This document shows, in pieces, positions 1 to 4,480 of a DNA stretch of 6,081 nucleotides. The notes beneath the pieces are model-generated. The model saw only the letters and a program-made list of their open reading frames with translations, was not told where the DNA came from and searched no databases. Position 1 is the stretch's first letter. Every line of letters begins with the position of its first letter. This DNA is from a virus: positions 1 to 6,081 of IMG/VR virus record IMGVR_UViG_3300029492_000060; one strand, given 5' to 3'. A program made the position numbers and the translations under genes.

Positions 1-77
1 CTTCACACGCATGGACGCCTTTTGAGCACGCTTATGAATACAATAATCACATTGACCACAATCCACGGCAATACGTG
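1..77. repeat. Terminal redundancy, copy 1. Identical to 6005..6081 and marks circular closure of a 6004-nt genome.
   Basis: Read base by base: cttcacacgcatggacgcc...ccacggcaatacgtg occurs at 1..77 and again at 6005..6081 with no mismatch. Both copies lie inside the same reading frame of the Rep gene. Confidence 0.95.
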
Positions 78-156
78 CACCAGAGTAACGATTAGTAATA
101 AACGAACGATACTGACAATGGTCAACCGTTTTCAATAAATCAGGAGAAAATTTCAT
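1..156 (-). CDS. VP4: First 52 codons of the replication initiator (VP4) CDS. It continues across the circular junction into 6004..4481.
   Basis: The reverse complement from the ATG at 156..154 reads MKFSPDLLKTVDHCQYRSFITNRYSGARIAVDCGQCDYCIHKRAQKASMRVK. It is in frame (156-66=90 nt) with the ORF-track 'MDCGQ...' ORF, whose first codon (6070..6068, equivalent to 66..64) is really an internal GTG Val. An in-frame TAA lies at 165..163 upstream, so 156 is the first ATG. The CGQCxxC Cys cluster is typical of microvirus initiator N-termini. Confidence 0.85.
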   Translation of the reverse strand, partial: MKFSPDLLKTVDHCQYRSFITNRYSGARIAVDCGQCDYCIHKRAQKASMRVK

Positions 157-158
157 AA

Positions 159-467
159 TTATTTACGTTTATCAATCACTTGATGTCGATTACGACAACC
201 AAATGAAATGTGAATAAATGTAGGATATAATATCAATTGATCAAATACATGAATATTATCCGAATAACTATGGATATGTTCAAGCAACCGGCTATAAGTA
301 GTAGAGCCATAAGGCTTAATATCAATAGCCTCTCCAAACAAATGCTGCGAATTAGAGACGCCACCGGCAGCCTTATTTTCAGCAATAGAGCGCTTAGCAC
401 TTGTTATCGTAAAATGTAAGTTAAAAGACAACAGATGCTCAAGAAGATCCATAAGAGCACTATTCAT
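159..467 (-). CDS. Small zinc D,D-/L,D-peptidase of the M15 family (Peptidase_M15_3 / VanY-MepK-like fold). Candidate endolysin.
   Basis: ATG at 467..465 and TAA at 161..159, 102 aa. Motifs are ...FTITSAKRSIAENKAAGGVSNSQHLFGEAIDI... (family consensus itSGyRs..N..vGGa.nSqHl.G.AaDi). This gives the H-x6-D zinc ligands (H42 at 344..342, D49 at 323..321) plus the C-terminal FIHISF (H86 at 212..210) matching the fvHvD third ligand. Third-position-T codon usage matches the capsid gene. No signal peptide is present. Confidence 0.8.
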   Translation of the reverse strand: MNSALMDLLEHLLSFNLHFTITSAKRSIAENKAAGGVSNSQHLFGEAIDIKPYGSTTYSRLLEHIHSYSDNIHVFDQLILYPTFIHISFGCRNRHQVIDKRK

Positions 468-547
468 AATCCAATAGCATTAAGAATATAACCAAGAGCT
501 GCAGAAACAGCTCCAATCACAATTTTCCAAATATTATTACTTTTCAT
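464..547 (-). CDS. 27-aa single-pass membrane peptide (MKSNNIWKIVIGAVSAALGYILNAIGL). Holin-like or membrane-trigger candidate.
   Basis: ATG at 547..545. Its TGA (466..464) overlaps the peptidase ATG (467..465) as ATGA. It has a lysine-containing N-terminus followed by a 19-residue hydrophobic stretch. Its codons (agt aat aat att ... gct gtt tct gca gct ctt ggt tat att ctt aat gct att) follow the genome's NNT preference. The upstream part of the 81-aa ORF-track frame does not. Confidence 0.55.
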   Translation of the reverse strand: MKSNNIWKIVIGAVSAALGYILNAIGL

Positions 548-752
548 CACCTTGAATTTTATTACCTTGAATTTTAGATTCAACCTCAACAAAATTATTT
601 TCTTCTTTAATCGAATCCACAATAACAATAAGACCCAACGGAGAAACTCGCTCAGAATAATTTCCAAGACCATTGAGAGAATTAACGATATAAGGCGAAA
701 GAACATCACGACCAGTGTTTTTGTCTTTAACTGAGATAATAAATTTTTGCAT
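537..752 (-). CDS. Hypothetical 71-aa protein. It is the first gene after the promoter and its function is unknown.
   Basis: ATG at 752..750 and TAA at 539..537. NNT-biased codons run throughout (ttt att ... act ggt cgt gat gtt ctt ...). The sequence is non-hydrophobic and beta-strand-like, with a C-terminal KIQGNKIQGD duplication. I recognise no family motif. Confidence 0.65.
   Translation of the reverse strand: MQKFIISVKDKNTGRDVLSPYIVNSLNGLGNYSERVSPLGLIVIVDSIKEENNFVEVESKIQGNKIQGDEK
549..578. repeat. Tandem 15-bp direct repeat (accttgaattttatt / accttgaattttaga).
   Basis: Twelve identical nt (accttgaatttt) occur at 549..560 and 564..575. The repeat encodes KIQGN/KIQGD at the C-terminus of the 71-aa ORF and sits at the overlap with the start of the TM-peptide ORF. 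Confidence 0.8.
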
Positions 753-802
753 AATTGTAAGTTTTTAAAAAATTAATAATAGTTGTAACTTCTAACTGGG
801 GG

Positions 803-833
803 CAAATATACAAACTATTTTCATAAATCCAAA
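803..833 (-). promoter_or_regulatory. Bacteroidetes-type promoter: -33 TTTG (833..830), 19-nt spacer, -7 TATATTTG (810..803).
   Basis: The minus strand reads cTTTGgatttatgaaaatagtttgTATATTTGcc. This matches the Bacteroides primary-sigma consensus -33 TTTG / -7 TAnnTTTG. An A9 tract (plus-strand T-run 842..850) lies just upstream, and the first ATG (752) is about 50 nt downstream. In a manual scan I saw no other full CAAAnnTA match on the plus strand. Confidence 0.55.
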
Positions 834-900
834 GAAAACTATTTTTTTTTAGATTCTACCATAGAGTGTGAGTTGTGCGTTTATAGACAAGAAAAGAGAG

Positions 901-923
901 AATCCGAGAGGATAACTCGGATT
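901..923 (-). terminator. Perfect 8-bp hairpin (aatccgag / ctcggatt, 7-nt loop) followed on the coding strand by CTCTCTTTTCTTG. Candidate intrinsic terminator or structural signal.
   Basis: Arms at 901..908 and 916..923 are exact reverse complements. The hairpin is nested inside a longer imperfect stem (871..879 with 929..939, 9 bp with a 2-nt bulge). A pyrimidine/T-rich tail lies at 900..888 on the minus strand. Confidence 0.4.
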
Positions 924-967
924 TGCTTCGCACACAACTAGGGGCTTCGCTTAATTAACAAGTAAAT

Positions 968-1011
968 GTATATAGGGGTGTATAGGCACGGCAGGTCAGA
1001 TAGAACCTGCC
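968..1011. other. 7-bp hairpin (ggcaggt-cagataga-acctgcc, 990..1011) abutted by two 9-nt direct repeats at 10-nt period (gtatatagg 968..976, gtgtatagg 978..986).
   Basis: The arms are exact reverse complements. The two repeats are 8/9 identical and sit one helical turn apart, 3 nt from the stem. On the coding/viral-sense strand this reads GGCAGGT-TCTATCTG-ACCTGCC-GTG-CCTATACAC-C-CCTATATAC. Confidence 0.5.
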
Positions 1012-1035
1012 TTTGCGCACTCTGTGCTAAAATAC

Positions 1036-1079
1036 CGGAGCGGAACGCTCCTATAAAGAAGTCGCTCCGCTCCGTTTTT
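1036..1079 (-). terminator. GC-rich terminator-like hairpin with alternative pairings. It could work in either direction and lies downstream of VP2.
   Basis: cggagcgga (1036..1044) pairs perfectly (9 bp) with tccgctccg (1066..1074) and is followed by TTTTT (1075..1079) on the plus strand. On the minus strand the compact form GGAGCG-TTC-CGCTCC (1051..1037) is followed by GGTATTTTAG. CGCTCC occurs three times (1046, 1063, 1068) and competes for the single GGAGCG. Confidence 0.45.
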
Positions 1080-1151
1080 CGAACAGGCCCTACGCGGGCG
1101 GCGGGTGCATATCGCTCAAACGCCGCGATGGGCTTCTAGTCCTGAAGTATG

Positions 1152-2267
1152 TCATCTACGGCCTATACTATTACCGATACCTTGGAAAATACGGGTACCG
1201 TAATCAAGAGCATTACGCAATTCATAAGAATTAACGTCTTTCTGTTTCTGTTTAGAACTCCACTTATAATAATCACGTAAAGCCTTATCCTTAGAATATT
1301 CTATGTTCTTAAGAACATTGGTATTCTTAGAATCCCATAGAGAAGACAGACCACGAGCACGATTAGACTGAATATTAGCATAAATCAATGAATCAGCCGT
1401 TTGTTCGGCAATCTTATTACTAATACGAATACCATTTGTTTCAGCAGAAGTCTTAACGGCCTGTGCCATCTGATTTTTATATTGTGCTTCAGAAAGAGCA
1501 CCTTGAGCATAAAGATTAGCCAAAGTCTGACCTTTAATAAACAAATCAGCTTGCTGTTGCTCATCAAGATACTTATTTAATATTTGTTGAGCCTTAGAAT
1601 CGAGTAAAATCTGGGATTCTTGAGCCGAAGTAAGACGACCGGCAAACTCCATATTCTTAAGTTCTTGATACTCCTTAGACTGATCAAGCAAAGCAGACTT
1701 TCTACCAGTAGAGGCATTCCAATAGCCAGACTGGCCAACACCAATATTACGATAATTAGTATCGCCCAAGATCTGTTGCATCTTATACGGAGTAAGAGCA
1801 GCATTCTGTTCCGCATTAATCATGGCAGCACGAGCCTGTGCCATAGAAGCAAGAGCAGTACCAACATCCGAAAAATCGGGGCGGAAAGCCTGTAAACTAG
1901 GAGCAGAAGCAGCAGAAGCAGAAGCACCACCAGAAGCAGGGGCTCTAGAGCCAGCCATAGCAGCAGAACCTTGGACAAACGGGTTTAGACCACGAGAAAT
2001 CATCGCATTAGGAGAATTATAGGAATTGTTCATTCCCCACATTTTCTCCTGCCAATCACGTTGAATCTGTGCCTGTTGAGCATTAAATGCATTATTCTCA
2101 CGATTAATATCGATGCTAGTCTGGTTGGTCTTATTCTGCGAAGAAGCGCCAATAGCATTACCAGCGAGCGAAGCACCAGCAGCAATAATACCACCAAGAA
2201 CAAGCGGAGCAATATGTTTTTCGGAGTGCCCCATTAAGGGGCTTTCTCCGATATCATAGAACCTCAT
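1152..2267 (-). CDS. VP2: Minor capsid / DNA pilot protein VP2.
   Basis: 371 aa. The ATG at 2267..2265 overlaps the upstream TGA (ATGA). The N-terminus is a Gly/Ala-rich hydrophobic segment (IAPLVLGGIIAAGASLAGNAIGA). It is followed by NRENNAFNAQQAQIQRDWQEKMWGMNNSYNSPNAMISRGLNPF, the pattern (N..F...A...R.WQE.M...N.Y.SP......GLNP) I recognise from microvirus VP2 proteins. The rest is coiled-coil-like and Gln/Ala-rich. An alternative start is Met12 (2234). Confidence 0.85.
   Translation of the reverse strand: MRFYDIGESPLMGHSEKHIAPLVLGGIIAAGASLAGNAIGASSQNKTNQTSIDINRENNAFNAQQAQIQRDWQEKMWGMNNSYNSPNAMISRGLNPFVQGSAAMAGSRAPASGGASASAASAPSLQAFRPDFSDVGTALASMAQARAAMINAEQNAALTPYKMQQILGDTNYRNIGVGQSGYWNASTGRKSALLDQSKEYQELKNMEFAGRLTSAQESQILLDSKAQQILNKYLDEQQQADLFIKGQTLANLYAQGALSEAQYKNQMAQAVKTSAETNGIRISNKIAEQTADSLIYANIQSNRARGLSSLWDSKNTNVLKNIEYSKDKALRDYYKWSSKQKQKDVNSYELRNALDYGTRIFQGIGNSIGRR
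1903..1938. repeat. Imperfect (GCAGAA)n low-complexity tract inside VP2.
   Basis: gcagaa gca gcagaa gcagaa gcacca ccagaa gca. It encodes PASGGASASAASAPS on the coding strand and creates the Ala/Glu-rich shadow ORF 1822..2022 on the other strand. Confidence 0.7.
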
Positions 2268-2707
2268 TGAGCAGATGTGTCAGTTGCGGACGAAGAATCG
2301 GGCTCTGACTGTTGCTCTGCCAACATTGCCTGTGCATATTTAGTAAGTTCAGACTGCTCATTAGTCAATTGCTGTAATACAGCCTGTCTTTCAGACATAG
2401 TCTGACAATGACGGGAGATGACACAGCTAAACCGTTCCTCGTCAGTCATGCTATCCATAACAGTTGATTGAGTAGGGTGCATCTGGGCTAAAATATTCTG
2501 AACATTCATATCGCCAAGCAAGCTACGGTATTTCTCCTGATTCAATAGAATCTGTGTCATATCGACTTGAATCAAATCACCATCAAGAGTTTCATCATAC
2601 ATAACCGAATCATACACAGACTTTTGATAACACGGGTCGCCCTCAACCAATTCAGGGACAACATCATTTTTAATGAAATCGGGATTTTTATAAGCAAAAT
2701 TTCTCAT
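2264..2707 (-). CDS. Hypothetical acidic 147-aa protein between VP1 and VP2. Possible internal scaffolding (VP3-like) protein.
   Basis: ATG at 2707..2705. The TGA at 2266..2264 overlaps the VP2 start. NNT codon bias is present. The size, acidic character and position next to the capsid genes resemble VP3 of non-phiX microviruses, but I recognise no diagnostic motif. The functional call is by position only. Confidence 0.7.
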   Translation of the reverse strand: MRNFAYKNPDFIKNDVVPELVEGDPCYQKSVYDSVMYDETLDGDLIQVDMTQILLNQEKYRSLLGDMNVQNILAQMHPTQSTVMDSMTDEERFSCVISRHCQTMSERQAVLQQLTNEQSELTKYAQAMLAEQQSEPDSSSATDTSAQ

Positions 2708-2719
2708 AACGACACATAA

Positions 2720-4462
2720 TTAATAAGGTAAACCATTTCTATCCAAGTTCTGAACAGCATATACTTGGAAATTAACATTACACAACAACTGGTCAAACGC
2801 AACAGAGCAATTAGCAGCATCAATTTGCGGAGCAAATATAGAATTCAACTGTTGAGGACGTACCTTCATGGATTGATAAGACCAAGCACCAGCAGAAGTC
2901 AACACTTGCCAACCATCAAGAGGAGCAACCCAAGATTGATAAGCAGCACCAGCACGGAATCCAGCGTGAACAGTATCAATATTAGATTTCCATTGCCAAT
3001 AGCGGAGGTTATAACCAAGAGAACCGGAAACATTACGGCCGGGGTTATTCTGAAGATTCAGAGCAGGAACAGCTTGCATGCCAAGCTGATCAAATGCAGG
3101 TTGCGGGAAGTCAGATATAGCGGTCACAGTCAATTGAGGAGCCTGACCAGTCAGATTCCAATCCAACATAGGTACAGCGTGATAGACACACATAATCACC
3201 TGATGTTCAGCGCCACAGTCATAAGTAATAGTATGTCCAGAGTTACTAGATACACCTTTACCAGCAATAGAAGCCTGAGAGGAATCGGTATCAAGATTAG
3301 TATTAACTACCTCATTAATATTAATAACACTAGACCAGCCTCCAATATAATGGGAATGATTACCCATATATTCGGGAGCCTTGATACCAAATTGGGCAGC
3401 CATCTGATCTGAATAATCCTTACTAGAGAACTGAACTACCTCTTTCCAGCGTTGAAGATACTCTGTTGCACGAATTGAAAGGGCGGAAAGGTCAGTATTG
3501 ACACGAAGCAGGCTATCAGAATTAGTAGAGTTGGATGAAGTTGTCTGCACAGTATTACCGCTAGCAGGATTACGAACAGATGAATTACTAATACCATCAG
3601 TAGCACGAGCCAAAACAACATTAGTAGGTAGCGTTCTGTCAAGAGGCGAAAGGAGCGCTACTGAACCATACTGAGACGAGGGAAGCATACCCATAAAATA
3701 ATCCTTCGGATAGTTTGCATAGCGCAATTTAACCATATCCGTAACTAATGAAATCTGGCCAGAACCGGACCAATAGTCAACATTGTAAGCATAAGCCAAA
3801 TGTTTCTCCCATTGAGAATTGCTATAGAAATCATAGTAAATCTTCTGATAAGCAAGGAATGGAAGGGCATTAACTGTCTGCGAATTCTGATAAACCAAAG
3901 GATTAGCAGCATCACCAAGAGCATCAACACCTAGATATTTTTTAGTAATAGCAGCCTTACCTGTATTAGTACTAGCAATCATAGAACCATAGCCAAGCAA
4001 ATCAAGCAATTTGCAAGAACCATAGACAATAGGGAGGCCTGCATCGTCACGGGTATTAGTTTGGTCACCAGCATTAGCCGTCTGAAGGAACACATTAAAA
4101 AGGCTCTGAGTAACATTAGGTACAGAAGTAAGCACAGACGTATTCGCAGTAGAACTAGCCGCGCTAGTCATATAGTCCGTCATCTGCGTAAATGCCTGTG
4201 GAAGCGCACGAGAAATCAGACGTAACGGCACAGCATAGAAGTCATAATATTCCTTGATACGAGTATAAGCAGCCGTATTAACCGGAACAGTACGGGTAAA
4301 CCAATCCGAAGAAATACGATACTTGTTGCCGGGAATAGCAATCTGCCAATAGCAAGGAAGAATTTCACCTACTTTAGCTGTAAACAATTTTTTCGAACTT
4401 AAATCGAAAGAGGACCGATGGGTAGGAATCTTAGCATGGTCCAAAGGGTTAAAATCACTCAT
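2720..4462 (-). CDS. VP1: Major capsid protein VP1 (phiX174 F-like jelly-roll).
   Basis: 580 aa, ATG at 4462..4460. The N-terminus SSFDLSSKKLFTAKVGEILPCYWQIAIPGNKYRISSDWFTRTVPVNTAAYTRIKEYYDFYAVPLRLI matches the microvirus VP1 signature (fdlS....t...G.L.P....v.PGd......f.R..P......i....ffFVP.Rl.w). NNT codon bias is very strong. It is the longest ORF in the genome. Confidence 0.92.
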   Translation of the reverse strand: MSDFNPLDHAKIPTHRSSFDLSSKKLFTAKVGEILPCYWQIAIPGNKYRISSDWFTRTVPVNTAAYTRIKEYYDFYAVPLRLISRALPQAFTQMTDYMTSAASSTANTSVLTSVPNVTQSLFNVFLQTANAGDQTNTRDDAGLPIVYGSCKLLDLLGYGSMIASTNTGKAAITKKYLGVDALGDAANPLVYQNSQTVNALPFLAYQKIYYDFYSNSQWEKHLAYAYNVDYWSGSGQISLVTDMVKLRYANYPKDYFMGMLPSSQYGSVALLSPLDRTLPTNVVLARATDGISNSSVRNPASGNTVQTTSSNSTNSDSLLRVNTDLSALSIRATEYLQRWKEVVQFSSKDYSDQMAAQFGIKAPEYMGNHSHYIGGWSSVININEVVNTNLDTDSSQASIAGKGVSSNSGHTITYDCGAEHQVIMCVYHAVPMLDWNLTGQAPQLTVTAISDFPQPAFDQLGMQAVPALNLQNNPGRNVSGSLGYNLRYWQWKSNIDTVHAGFRAGAAYQSWVAPLDGWQVLTSAGAWSYQSMKVRPQQLNSIFAPQIDAANCSVAFDQLLCNVNFQVYAVQNLDRNGLPY

Positions 4463-4480
4463 AATTAATTAATATTAAAA

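Noticed and set aside
316-325. TTGATATTAA on the coding strand (inside the peptidase gene), which matches the phiX174 nick-site core TTG^ATATTAA.
   Set aside because: It is only a 10-nt AT-rich match, which is expected by chance somewhere in a 6-kb AT-rich genome when any 10-mer window of the 30-nt origin is allowed. The flanking origin sequence is not matched.
548-709. The N-terminal extension of the 81-aa ORF-track product (GTG 709 / ATG 706), giving a two-TM protein.
   Set aside because: It overlaps the 71-aa ORF out of frame. Its third codon positions are not T-biased, while the 71-aa frame's are. Leu/Phe/Ile-rich 'membrane-like' sequence is what an off-frame reading of a T-rich coding strand gives by default. 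It is kept only as a low-probability hypothesis in the findings.
944-986. A dif/Xer-like recombination site (ATGTATATA core near TTGTTAATT), and short ORFs in the intergenic region.
   Set aside because: Position-by-position comparison with the E. coli dif 28-mer gave only about 12/22 matches, which is not better than AT-rich background, and I do not know the Bacteroidetes dif consensus well enough to judge. The intergenic ATG-initiated ORFs on the coding strand are no more than 10 codons long.
1075-1135. A possible tRNA or small structured RNA gene, suggested by the TTCGAA T-loop-like hexamer at 1077..1082 and the nearby GC stems.
   Set aside because: No cloverleaf can be built on either strand. 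There is no 5-bp T-stem flanking TTCGAA and no acceptor or anticodon arm geometry. The stems are better read as terminator- or origin-type hairpins.
2765-3412. A 215-aa ORF on the plus strand, together with the other plus-strand ORFs 237..419, 552..734, 1620..1895, 1822..2022 and 4746..4976.
   Set aside because: All lie wholly antisense to well-supported minus-strand genes. The 215-aa ORF starts with TTG, not ATG. The products are Ser/Arg/Ile/Leu-rich or low-complexity, as expected from reading NNT-biased codons backwards. Microviridae are transcribed from one strand. 1822..2022 is simply the mirror of the (GCAGAA)n tract in VP2.
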